Assembly (NCBI GenBank): GCA_963834385.1
Contig: CAWIBO010000003.1
Location: 160,001 to 224,000 of the forward strand
Direction of reading: 5' to 3'
Source of the DNA: an uncultured Verrucomicrobiae bacterium
Lineage (GTDB): Bacteria > Verrucomicrobiota > Verrucomicrobiia > Chthoniobacterales > UBA10450
DNA length: 64,000 nucleotides
The notes below the pieces were generated by a model, which did not search any database, had not been told where the DNA came from, and saw only the letters and a program-made list of their open reading frames with translations. The position numbers and the translations under genes are program-made. The first letter of the stretch is position 1. Each line of letters begins with the position of its first letter. This document shows, piece after piece, positions 11,217-20,012 of this stretch.

Positions 11217-14200
11217 CTAGTGGAAACCGGACTGCTGGCTGGAGAGATAAAAGTAGAGACCGCGCTGTTCCATGAGCTGGTCGTGATTGCCGGCCTCGGC
11301 GATGCGGCCTTTTTCCAGGACCACGATGGTATCCGCATCGCGGATGGTGCTGAGGCGGTGGGCGATGGCGAGGGTGGTGCGGCCGGCCATGAGGCGCCCG
11401 AGGTTGTTCTGGATGGCGCGCTCCGACTCGGTATCCAGGGCGCTGGTGGCCTCGTCGAAAATGAGAATCGGCGGGTTGTTATAGATGGCGCGGGCGATGG
11501 CGATGCGCTGTTTCTGCCCGCCGGAAAGGGAAAGCCCCGATTCGCCGATCTTGGTTTCGTAGCCCATGGGGAGGCGCATGATGAAATCGTGGGCGGCGGC
11601 GGCGGAAGCGGCCGCGAGGACCCGGTCGAGATCCGGCTCCGCATCCCCGAAGGCGATGTTGCGGGCGATCGTCTCGTTAAACATGTGGTTCTCCTGGAGA
11701 ACCATGCCGACGTGCCGCCGGACGTCGCGGTAATTCAGGCTCTTCAGGTCGACGTTATCGAAAAGAATGGTCCCCTCGGTCGGCTCGAGCAGTCCGGCGA
11801 TGAGCTTGATCAGGGTGGTCTTGCCGCAGCCGCTGCGCCCGACGAAGGCGATCATCTTGCCGGGGGCGATGTCGAGATTGAGGTCGCTCAGGATGTTGGG
11901 CGCCTCGGGTCCGCCGTAGCGGAAGCTGACGTTGCGCAGCTCGATCCGGCCTTCAAGGCTGTGCACCGGGGTGAGGCGGGAACGGTCGCGACCCTGCTCC
12001 GGTTCCTGCTCGAAGATGTCGTTCAGGCGATTGAGAAGAACGGAGGAGAACTGGAGATTGTCCCAGACGCCGAGGGTGCGCAGGATGCCGCCGTAAGCCA
12101 TGGCGGTGAGGGAACTGAAAGCGACGAAGCCGCCGACGCTGATGGCGCCGGACATCACCTGGTTGGCCCCGACCCAGAGGAAGACAGCGGTGGAAACAAG
12201 CCCGATCGTGGTCAGGACACTGTCGTAGGACATGACGATAAAGCTGCTCCGGAAGATCTTTTTCGAGACGGCGAGGAACTCGTTCAGCATCAGGTCGCGA
12301 AAGACGCCCTCGGCCGCGGCGGCTTTGACCGCCTCGATGCCCTTGATGGCGTCGATCTGGTGCGAGCTGTATTTGCCCTGGCTTTCCTCGACATCGGCAA
12401 AGAGCGGCCGCAGGATTTTGACGGAAAAATACATCAGCCCGACGTAGAAGGGGGTGGTCGCGAGGAAGGCGAACATGAGGAATGGGCTGTAGACCATCAT
12501 CAGCCCCAGGGAACCGACCAACTGGATCAGGGCCAGGAGGGCGCCGATGCCCTCGCCCACGGCGAACTGGCGGACTTCGCGGGCCCCGTCGAGACGCCGC
12601 TGGATGTCGCCGGTGCGCCGGCTCGTGAAATACGTCATGGGCAGGGAGAGGAGCTGCCGGCTGAGGAAATCGAGAATGGCGGTATCGAGACGAACCGCGG
12701 TGAAGGAGAGAAGGTATTCCTGCGCGAGCGAGGCACCCTGGACGAAGATGATCGCGAGGGCCATGCCGAGGAGAATGGTGGAAAGAAGGTCGATATCCTT
12801 TTCCACGATGACCTTGTCGACCACCATCTGGGTGAAGATGGGAAAGAGGAGCTGGAGGACGCTGATGGCGACGGAAAGGATCAGGACCTGGATGAGGATG
12901 TGCTTGAACTTCGCGATGAAGGGAAGAACCCAGTTGATGGAAGGTTTGCTCTCCGGCGCCTGTTCAAAGGCGGGCGTGTAATCAAAAAGCGCGGCGTACC
13001 CCGACCAGTTCTCCTCGAACTCCTTGCGCGGGATCTTGCGCAGGCCAAGCGCCGGGTCGGCCACGCGGACAAAAGTGTCCTGCACGTCGTAAAGGACCAT
13101 CCAGTGGTTGCCTTCCCAGTGCACGATGGCCGGGAGCGGCATGAGCGAGAGATTGCGGATGGAAACCTTGAGGGCCCGGGCGGCGAGGCCCAGTTCGTTC
13201 GCAGCCCGGCAAAGCGCCTTCAGGCTGGTCCCGTCCGTGGCGGTGTGACAAAGCTGCCGGATCCGGGCGAGGCTGACCTTGCGTCCGAAATGGCGGCAAA
13301 TCATCCCGAGACTGGCGGCGCCGCAATCCATCTCGTCGATCTGCTGGATATGCTCAAAACGCTTGATCCGGCCGGTGCGTTTCTTGAAGAAACCCTCCTC
13401 GTCGGCAAAAGGATGCTTCGGATCCTCCACCGGCGGGGGCCGTTCGGCCGCGCCATCCAGGGCCGTCTTGTCGTGCGTCCGCGTTTCCGCCGGCAGGAGC
13501 TCGGTCGAAAAATCGAGCGGGACCCGCGCCTCCGTTTCGAGCTGGTACTGGGCCAGCCGTTCCTCGAGGAGCTTTTCAAACTCGGGGAAGTGCCGCTTCA
13601 GGTCCTGCACTGCCTCGGGCTCGAGGGCCAGCAGCCGGCAATCGGAGAATGCTTCCACGGAAGCGGCGCGGGAGGACCCGTTCAGGATCGAGAGTTCGCC
13701 GAAGAAATCGCCGTCGCGGTAAAAGGCGAGATTCTTCTGGGAACCATTGTTCTGGGCAAAGGCCCGGGCGCGCCCTTTCTCGAGGATATACATGGGGCCG
13801 GCCGGCGCTCCCTCCTCGATGATGAGGTTGCCCTTTTCGACCTGCACCGGCTCGAGCTTGGCGATGAGGCTGCGGAGCGCGCTCGCGGGCAGGCGCCCAA
13901 AATTGCTGAACTCGTAGAGGAAACCCTGCAAGGCGCGATGGCGGGCCGTCAGCTCAATATGCTGCTTCAGGTCGGGGATTCTCTCGGCCAGTTCAAAAAA
14001 GTCGGTCCGGGCCAGGCGAAGCGCCTCCACCCCGGTGCTGCAGCGAACGGTGGCGGCCCGGGTGCCGCCATCGGAAAGGGCGGCTTCGCCGAAAATATCG
14101 CCCGGACGCAGGGTGCCGAGCGCGATCTCCTCTCCATTGGGCTGCATCTTGATCGCGCGCGCCCGGCCGGAAATGATGACGTAGACGGCGTCGGCGGGAT

Positions 14201-14336
14201 CGCCCTGGCGGACAATGATCTCGCCGAAATCGAACTGTTCCTCGCGGAGGAGGGGACGAAGCTTGTCGAAATGTTCCTCCGGGAGGAGCCGGAAGAGGGA
14301 GGACCGCCTGAGTAAATCTTCGTCGCGCGTCTTCAT
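11217..14336 (-). CDS. Peptidase-containing ABC transporter: 2x cNMP-binding + C39 peptidase + TMD + NBD (1039 aa)
   Basis: FGEAALSDGGTRAATV and FGELSILNGSSRAASV (cNMP cassettes). QIDEMDCGAA, VHWEGNHW and VADP (C39 Cys-His-Asp). GRSGCGKT, LSGGQKQR and FDEATSALD. ATGA overlap with the upstream gene. Confidence 0.95.
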   Translation of the reverse strand: MKTRDEDLLRRSSLFRLLPEEHFDKLRPLLREEQFDFGEIIVRQGDPADAVYVIISGRARAIKMQPNGEEIALGTLRPGDIFGEAALSDGGTRAATVRCSTGVEALRLARTDFFELAERIPDLKQHIELTARHRALQGFLYEFSNFGRLPASALRSLIAKLEPVQVEKGNLIIEEGAPAGPMYILEKGRARAFAQNNGSQKNLAFYRDGDFFGELSILNGSSRAASVEAFSDCRLLALEPEAVQDLKRHFPEFEKLLEERLAQYQLETEARVPLDFSTELLPAETRTHDKTALDGAAERPPPVEDPKHPFADEEGFFKKRTGRIKRFEHIQQIDEMDCGAASLGMICRHFGRKVSLARIRQLCHTATDGTSLKALCRAANELGLAARALKVSIRNLSLMPLPAIVHWEGNHWMVLYDVQDTFVRVADPALGLRKIPRKEFEENWSGYAALFDYTPAFEQAPESKPSINWVLPFIAKFKHILIQVLILSVAISVLQLLFPIFTQMVVDKVIVEKDIDLLSTILLGMALAIIFVQGASLAQEYLLSFTAVRLDTAILDFLSRQLLSLPMTYFTSRRTGDIQRRLDGAREVRQFAVGEGIGALLALIQLVGSLGLMMVYSPFLMFAFLATTPFYVGLMYFSVKILRPLFADVEESQGKYSSHQIDAIKGIEAVKAAAAEGVFRDLMLNEFLAVSKKIFRSSFIVMSYDSVLTTIGLVSTAVFLWVGANQVMSGAISVGGFVAFSSLTAMAYGGILRTLGVWDNLQFSSVLLNRLNDIFEQEPEQGRDRSRLTPVHSLEGRIELRNVSFRYGGPEAPNILSDLNLDIAPGKMIAFVGRSGCGKTTLIKLIAGLLEPTEGTILFDNVDLKSLNYRDVRRHVGMVLQENHMFNETIARNIAFGDAEPDLDRVLAAASAAAAHDFIMRLPMGYETKIGESGLSLSGGQKQRIAIARAIYNNPPILIFDEATSALDTESERAIQNNLGRLMAGRTTLAIAHRLSTIRDADTIVVLEKGRIAEAGNHDQLMEQRGLYFYLSSQQSGFH

Positions 14337-15415
14337 TCTTCGATCATCTGGTAAAAGAGGCGCCACTGGATGTGGACGCCGCAAAGCTCGTCGAAGTGGC
14401 GCTGCAGGATGGCCTGCTGCACCCGGCCGCTGACCATCTCGTCCTCCAGGCTGGGTTCGATCTTGCTGGTGACCCGTCCGATCTCAAAAACGTCTCCCTG
14501 CTCGATCGGCCCGAGGACCGCACCGGGCGAAACGCTGAGATATTTTTGTTGCCAGTCCTCGTTCACGTTTTCGAGCACCACCTGCGACTGGCGATAGGGA
14601 TACCCTCCTTCGTCCGCCACTTCCTTCATGGTCATGCCGTCTTCGCGTACGCAAAGCAAGGCTTCATTCGCCGCATCAAGTGAATCAAACTGGATCACCT
14701 CGAGCTCGAAACGGGTCAGGGGCAGACGGAGGGAGGATAGTTCCTCGGCCCGCGCCTGCGGGTTCACGAGAGAGCCACTGCGGGCGCGGTAGGCGGCTTC
14801 CGCCTCCAGGGCGTGGTCCAGCCAGGCCTTTTCGCGATCGATCTGTCCCAGCCAGGCCTCGACCTCCTCCTCCCGGAGCCCGTGGCGCTCGAGAAATTCC
14901 TCCCGGGCCCGGGCAACCGCCGCCGGGTCCACCTCTTCTTCAGCCCGTCGCACGGCCACCCGCCAGCCCAGCTGCGTGGCGATCCGTTCGAGCTCGTCGG
15001 AGAAAAGAAGGTGGGCGGCAAAAAGTTCCTTCAGCTCTTTCCCGGCCCCGGGGTAGGCCTGGTCGGGGAGGTCGATTCTGACTGTCCGCGCCCAGTAACG
15101 GCGGCTGAAGAAGTCGCCGAAATCATTCATGTCGAGCCCGCGGGCGGAGAGCCATTTCTCCGTCTCCTCCGCCGTGATCAGGTCGTGCTGATAACGAAAG
15201 GCGTCCGCGGCTTCGTCGAGGGCGTCCCCCTCGATCTCCAGGTCATCCTGGTGGGCCTTTTTTTCCGCCTCCACTCCCCGCAGGAAGTCCGCCCAAATCG
15301 GGCCCAACTCTCCGCGGAAAAGGGCGCCATCAATCACATCGCGCAAGGTGTAAGTCTGGTTACCCGACTCAAATACCGTTACATCCTGCCGTGCCTTTTC
15401 CTCTGTCGCGGTCAT
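14333..15415 (-). CDS. Parvulin/PpiC-related foldase-like protein, translationally coupled to the transporter
   Basis: LDEAADAFRYQHDLITAEETEKWLSARGL and C-terminal SPGAVLGPIEQGDVFEIGRV...EPSLED resemble the PpiC-like proteins found beside cNMP-containing peptide transporters. Catalytic motifs look degenerate; no signal peptide. Confidence 0.65.
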   Translation of the reverse strand: MTATEEKARQDVTVFESGNQTYTLRDVIDGALFRGELGPIWADFLRGVEAEKKAHQDDLEIEGDALDEAADAFRYQHDLITAEETEKWLSARGLDMNDFGDFFSRRYWARTVRIDLPDQAYPGAGKELKELFAAHLLFSDELERIATQLGWRVAVRRAEEEVDPAAVARAREEFLERHGLREEEVEAWLGQIDREKAWLDHALEAEAAYRARSGSLVNPQARAEELSSLRLPLTRFELEVIQFDSLDAANEALLCVREDGMTMKEVADEGGYPYRQSQVVLENVNEDWQQKYLSVSPGAVLGPIEQGDVFEIGRVTSKIEPSLEDEMVSGRVQQAILQRHFDELCGVHIQWRLFYQMIEE

Positions 15416-15534
15416 GAACCGCTTGTTTTATGATAATTGGTCGGAAGAAGTCCAGAGAACCTTGCCGGTCGCCCGACGATCGTGGCTGCAGGCGCGCGCA
15501 GCGCCGATCGACTCTTCGGCAGGAAGCAGGATGA

Positions 15535-16062
15535 TCAGGCCGCGAGCAGCGGGGAAACCGGACGGGCGGATTCAACACCCCCGAACTTCGGATAAAGAAA
15601 GCGAGCCACCACGCTGGAGCGCTTGGCCAGGGCCGACGCCCGCCGCAATCCGGCCTCGGCGAGGAGGTGGAGAGCGCTTTCCATGAGCAGGGCGGCAAAG
15701 CCCCGGTTCCGATATTCCATCAGGATGCAGGGTCCGGGGGCGAGGTGATACTCCGACTCCGGGTCGAGGGAGAGCATGGTGGCGCCGATGATGCGCTGGC
15801 CATGCTTGAGCACGAGACCGGCATGCAAACCGCTCTCGGGGGCAAAGGCTCCCTCCAGCCATTGGTCGATCAACTCGCTCATTTCCTGAAGCTCCGGGTT
15901 CCACGACGAATCGAGGACGAAGGAGGTGGCAATGGCCCGGCGGATTTCCTGCTCGTCGCCTTCCTCTGCGGGCAGGACGCGATAATGTTCCGGCGCGCCG
16001 AGGCCGGGCGGCGGAAGCTGCGTCAAGTCCCACGAAAAACGTGTCCAGTTATCCCTTCTCAT
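15535..16062 (-). CDS. GNAT-family N-acetyltransferase-like protein
   Basis: ILMEYRNRGFAALL (acetyl-CoA motif A) and ARFLYPKFG (motif B-like); start uncertain. Confidence 0.7.
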   Translation of the reverse strand: MRRDNWTRFSWDLTQLPPPGLGAPEHYRVLPAEEGDEQEIRRAIATSFVLDSSWNPELQEMSELIDQWLEGAFAPESGLHAGLVLKHGQRIIGATMLSLDPESEYHLAPGPCILMEYRNRGFAALLMESALHLLAEAGLRRASALAKRSSVVARFLYPKFGGVESARPVSPLLAA

Positions 16063-16214
16063 AAGTCGGGGGCGCCCGGTCGAGAGACCGGAAACAACCC
16101 TTCCCGGAGGTGTTAACGCGGCAACCATGGTTGTGAGACGCACTTTCCTGCGTCACCCAAGTTAAAATCGTGGCGCCGCCCCTCCCCGGATGGGACAAAA
16201 CGGCGCGGTTGGCT

Positions 16215-16682
16215 TCAGATCGACTGGACGGCCTTCATCGTCTCGTGGAACGACTGGTAAAGTTCGCGGTATTGGGCGACGCCGCGGCGAAGGACCGGCT
16301 TGAAGTTGGCGAGGTCGGCCACGTTGACGATCTGGTCAACGCTTTGCACGAAGGCGCTCATGGCGTCGTTGGTGGCGAAGCGATGGCTGAGGAGGACGAC
16401 GAAGTGCTGGCGGCGCTGGGCGCCGGTCGTGCTCGTCATGTAGCGCAGGATTGGGTTGGCCTGGAGGGTGGATCCCTTGAAGGTCTCGTAGATCACGACC
16501 ACATCGTAATTGTAGGTCTTGAGTTTGAGGAGAACGTCCTCCTCGTAGAGGCCGAGGTGGACCTTGTAGGAGATGTCGATCAGCTGCGGCACGATCACCT
16601 TCTGATATTGCTGGTGATCGACGCAGACGAGGGCGGTGTTATCGCCGGCGTCGAAGAAGGAGGAATCGTTGGTCTGGATCAT
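16215..16682 (-). CDS. Hypothetical protein with degenerate receiver-like fold, co-operonic with pilT genes
   Basis: Alternating beta/alpha pattern (ALVCVD...YDVVVIYE...FVVLLS); high-GC3 codon usage; 6 nt downstream of the pilT paralog. Confidence 0.7.
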   Translation of the reverse strand: MIQTNDSSFFDAGDNTALVCVDHQQYQKVIVPQLIDISYKVHLGLYEEDVLLKLKTYNYDVVVIYETFKGSTLQANPILRYMTSTTGAQRRQHFVVLLSHRFATNDAMSAFVQSVDQIVNVADLANFKPVLRRGVAQYRELYQSFHETMKAVQSI

Positions 16683-16688
16683 GGCGGT

Positions 16689-17855
16689 TTAGCGGAAGGC
16701 GTTGGCGGGAAGGTCGAGGCGAAGTCCGGAATCGAGGTCGCTGTCGATGCCGCGCGCCTTCTGAATCAGGTCGAGCCCGCGGGCGATCCGGCCTTTGCGG
16801 CTGGCATAAAGCCGGGCCGTGTTTTCGTCGATGGCGCCGTTTTCGTAGGCATTGAGGATCGACTGGTCGAAGGTGAGCCAGCCGAAGGGGGTGCTGGCCT
16901 CGATGATTTCGTAGAAGTTGCGGTGTTCACCTTCGCCAAGAGCGATGGTTTCCTTGGTCCGCAGATTGTTGCCCATGATCTCGGCAAGGAGATGACGGCC
17001 GCCGCCGGCCCGGGGGACGAGGCGCTGGCTCACGATGTAGCGAAGGGTGTCGGAAAGGCGGAGGCGCAACTGCTGTTCTTCGCCGAGGGAGAAGAGGCCG
17101 AGGATGCGGTTGATCGACTGGCCGGCGTCGACCGTGTGCAGGGTGCTGAGGACGAGGTGACCGGTCTCGGCCGCCATGAGGGCGACCTCGACGGTGGCGC
17201 GGTCGCGCATTTCGCCTACGAGGATGACCTTGGGAGCCTGGCGCAGGGCGGCGCGCAGGCCGTTGGGATAGTTGTTAAAATCGTGGCCCAGCTCGCGCTG
17301 ATTAAAGGTGGCGCGGTGAGACCGGTGGATGAACTCGATCGGGTCCTCCAGGGTCACGATATGCACGGCCTGCTTTTCGTTGATCTCGTTCAGGAGAGCG
17401 GCCAGCGTCGTGGTCTTGCCGCTGCCGGTGGCGCCGGTGACCAGGATAAGGCCGGTCTTTTCGCGCGCGATCTCCTCGAAGATGGGCGGCAGTTCGAGGC
17501 CGCCCAGCGTCGGGATCTGGGCCTGCAGCTTGCGCATGACAATGGAGAACTGGCCCTGTTGCCGGAAGATATTGACGCGGAAACGCGCCTCCTCCCCCAG
17601 GGTGTAGCTGCAGTCGCAGGAGCCCCCAGTGAGATAATCGTAGAGAAGACGACGGTTGCCCTGCATCAAAGTCAGGGCGATCTGCTCGGTCTGGTGCGGC
17701 GTCAGGGCCTCAATCGGCGGATCGACGAAGACCGGCTTGAGTTCGCCGAAGTCCTCCACCTGGAGGGGACGGCCGACGGAAAAATTGAGGTCGGAAATGC
17801 CGTCATACGTCTGCAGCATGGCCGAAAGAATGCGGTCGAGGTCGGGAATTCGCAT
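16689..17855 (-). CDS. PilT/PilU-family type IV pilus retraction ATPase
   Basis: GATGSGKTTT, TLEDPIEF, ALRQAPKVILVGEMRD and AETGHLVLSTLHT motifs. Confidence 0.93.
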   Translation of the reverse strand: MRIPDLDRILSAMLQTYDGISDLNFSVGRPLQVEDFGELKPVFVDPPIEALTPHQTEQIALTLMQGNRRLLYDYLTGGSCDCSYTLGEEARFRVNIFRQQGQFSIVMRKLQAQIPTLGGLELPPIFEEIAREKTGLILVTGATGSGKTTTLAALLNEINEKQAVHIVTLEDPIEFIHRSHRATFNQRELGHDFNNYPNGLRAALRQAPKVILVGEMRDRATVEVALMAAETGHLVLSTLHTVDAGQSINRILGLFSLGEEQQLRLRLSDTLRYIVSQRLVPRAGGGRHLLAEIMGNNLRTKETIALGEGEHRNFYEIIEASTPFGWLTFDQSILNAYENGAIDENTARLYASRKGRIARGLDLIQKARGIDSDLDSGLRLDLPANAFR

Positions 17856-17866
17856 GGCGGGGCGAT

Positions 17867-18949
17867 TTATTCGTCGGTGAGGTCGGTCGGCGGGTTCTTG
17901 AGGAAGGGCCGGAATTTTTTCTTATCGAGGCACTTGTCGTAGGCTTCCTCGGGAGAGATGCGGGCCTCGCGGAGGTGCTCCATGATGGCGTCGTCGAGCG
18001 GCTGGTTGCCCTTTTTCTTGCCCACCTGGATCATGCCGGGGATCTGGTGGGTCTTGGCCTCGCGGATCAGGTTGGCAATGGCCATGTCGACCACGAGGAT
18101 CTCGAGGGCGGCAACGCGGCCGGGCCGGTCGATGCGCTTGAACAGGTTCTGGGCGATGACGCCCTTGAGCGACTCGGCCAGGGTGGTGCGGATCTGGTTT
18201 TGCTGGCTGGTCGGGAAGACATCAACCACGCGGTCGACCGCCTTGGAGGCGCTGGAGGTGTGGAGCGTGCCGAAAACAAGGTGGCCGGTGGCGGCGGCGG
18301 TGAGCGCGAGCTCAATGGTCTCGAGGTCGCGCATTTCGCCGACGAGCAGGATATCGGGATCTTCGCGCAGGGCGCCGCGGAGGGCGGCGGCGAAGGAGCG
18401 GGTATGGACGCCCACCTCGCGGTGCTGCACCAGGCAATTCTGGCTGCGGTGCACAAACTCGATCGGGTCCTCCACCGTGATGATGTGGTCGTGCCTTTGC
18501 AGGTTCGCGTAATCCATCATGGCCGCGAGCGTGGTCGACTTGCCGGAGCCGGTCGGGCCGGTGACCAGAATGAGACCTTTTTTCAGGAGCGGAAATTTTT
18601 TCAGGACCGGCGGCAGGTTCAACTGCTCGACCGTCAGGACCGTGGAAGGAATCAGGCGGAAGACCGCGGAGATGCCGTATTTCTGCTGGAAAAAGTTGGC
18701 GCGGTAGCGGGCGACGCCCGGCACTTCATAGCCGAAATCGACGTCGGAAGTTTCCTCGAAGAGTTTGATCTTACCCTCCGGGGCGATCTCATAGACCATG
18801 GCCTTGAGTTCGTCGTTGGCGAGCGCGGGGTAGTCGACCCGGATCAGCTCGCCATTGATGCGAAGCATCGGCGGGTTGTTCGTGGAAAGGTGAAGGTCCG
18901 AGGCCTTTTGCTCGGACATAAGTTTGAAGAAAGCGTCAATGCGAGCCAT
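17867..18949 (-). CDS. pilT: Type IV pilus twitching motility ATPase PilT
   Basis: GPTGSGKSTT, TVEDPIEF, ALREDPDILLVGEMRD, TGHLVFGTLHT and the AIANLIRE (AIRNLIRE-like) motif. Confidence 0.95.
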   Translation of the reverse strand: MARIDAFFKLMSEQKASDLHLSTNNPPMLRINGELIRVDYPALANDELKAMVYEIAPEGKIKLFEETSDVDFGYEVPGVARYRANFFQQKYGISAVFRLIPSTVLTVEQLNLPPVLKKFPLLKKGLILVTGPTGSGKSTTLAAMMDYANLQRHDHIITVEDPIEFVHRSQNCLVQHREVGVHTRSFAAALRGALREDPDILLVGEMRDLETIELALTAAATGHLVFGTLHTSSASKAVDRVVDVFPTSQQNQIRTTLAESLKGVIAQNLFKRIDRPGRVAALEILVVDMAIANLIREAKTHQIPGMIQVGKKKGNQPLDDAIMEHLREARISPEEAYDKCLDKKKFRPFLKNPPTDLTDE

Positions 18950-19014
18950 GGGCGTGGTCCCATGGTGAAGCTAAATCGGTGCCATCGGGCGGGCTTTCCA
19001 CGACCCGCCCGGAC

Positions 19015-19824
19015 TTACCCGGGCCCGCCAGGGCCGGCGTCAAGGGTCGAGCGCACCTGCTCGAGCAATTTCTCGCGACTGTAAGGCTTGGGAATAAAAC
19101 CCCGCAGGCCCTTGGCGAGCATGTTTCCCAGCTTGCCCTGTTCCGCGAAACCGCTGCTCAGGACCACGTTGACCTGGGGATTGAGCGTGCGCAGTTCATC
19201 GAAGACCGCATCCCCATCCATGACCGGGAGAAAGAAATCGAGGATGACCAGCCCGATATGGCGGCTGATCTGCTGGTAAATGCGCAGGGCCTCGAAACCG
19301 TCCTTGGCCAGGATGACGCGGTAGCCTTCTTCGGCCAGCATCTCGGCAGCCAGCTCGGAGATTTCGGGCTCGTCGTCCACCAGCAAGATGAGCTCCCGGC
19401 GGCCTTTGGCGTTGCGCACGGAAATCTCCGGAGGGATCTCCGCGGAAATCGGGAAGGGGACGGTGGCACCCGGCGAATCCGACGGGCGCGGAGGCCGCGA
19501 CGCCTGTTTTGGCGCGGGCGAAGATGGCGAAGGCTGCTCTCTGGATGAGGAAGGCGAAGGGACCACCTTGAAGGGAATGGTGGACCGGACGGGCGCCGGC
19601 CCGGGTTTGCTGGTGCTGCCCGTGAGAATGCGGGAGGTGACACGGTCAAAAAGCGCCTGCGCGGTCTTGGTGGCCATCTCGACATGCTCGCTCAGCGTCT
19701 CGAGATATTTGCCCTCTCCCTTTTGCTGCCGTGCCAGGTCGGCATAGCGGGAGACCTGCTGCAACTGGGAGTTGAGCTCGGTCGAAGTGGTGGCAATCCA
19801 CTTCAGGTCATCGTGATCTAACAT
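19015..19824 (-). CDS. Response regulator: degenerate HisKA-like helix, Pro/Ser linker, C-terminal receiver
   Basis: ILLVDDEP, LVILDFFLPVMDG, VLSSG and FIPKPY receiver motifs. Confidence 0.88.
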   Translation of the reverse strand: MLDHDDLKWIATTSTELNSQLQQVSRYADLARQQKGEGKYLETLSEHVEMATKTAQALFDRVTSRILTGSTSKPGPAPVRSTIPFKVVPSPSSSREQPSPSSPAPKQASRPPRPSDSPGATVPFPISAEIPPEISVRNAKGRRELILLVDDEPEISELAAEMLAEEGYRVILAKDGFEALRIYQQISRHIGLVILDFFLPVMDGDAVFDELRTLNPQVNVVLSSGFAEQGKLGNMLAKGLRGFIPKPYSREKLLEQVRSTLDAGPGGPG

Positions 19825-19960
19825 GAATCCTTCATTCCTCTCGCGCTATGTCCGAATCATTGCGCTCGCTGACATAAGCCCAGCAGACACAGCCTAAAAC
19901 CGAGCCGAGGGCGAGGGCAAATAACGCAATGCTTAACATAGATCAGAGGAAGAAAAAATC

Positions 19961-19976
19961 AGCACGCTTTGTGCCC
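19961..19976 (-). promoter_or_regulatory. Candidate sigma-54 promoter for the regulator-pilT operon
   Basis: Minus strand GGGCACAAAGCGTGCT (GG-N10-GC) in an AT-rich intergenic region. Confidence 0.35.
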
Positions 19977-20012
19977 TTTTGAAAATGTGGCGTCAACCGC
20001 ATTCTGCCCGGG

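Noticed and set aside
10698..14315. 1205-aa plus-strand ORF (also 35487..38372 +, 52965..56258 -, 1120..3033 -, 61924..63837 +)
   Set aside because: Antisense shadows of well-supported genes, expected from high GC3 codon bias; no recognisable motifs.
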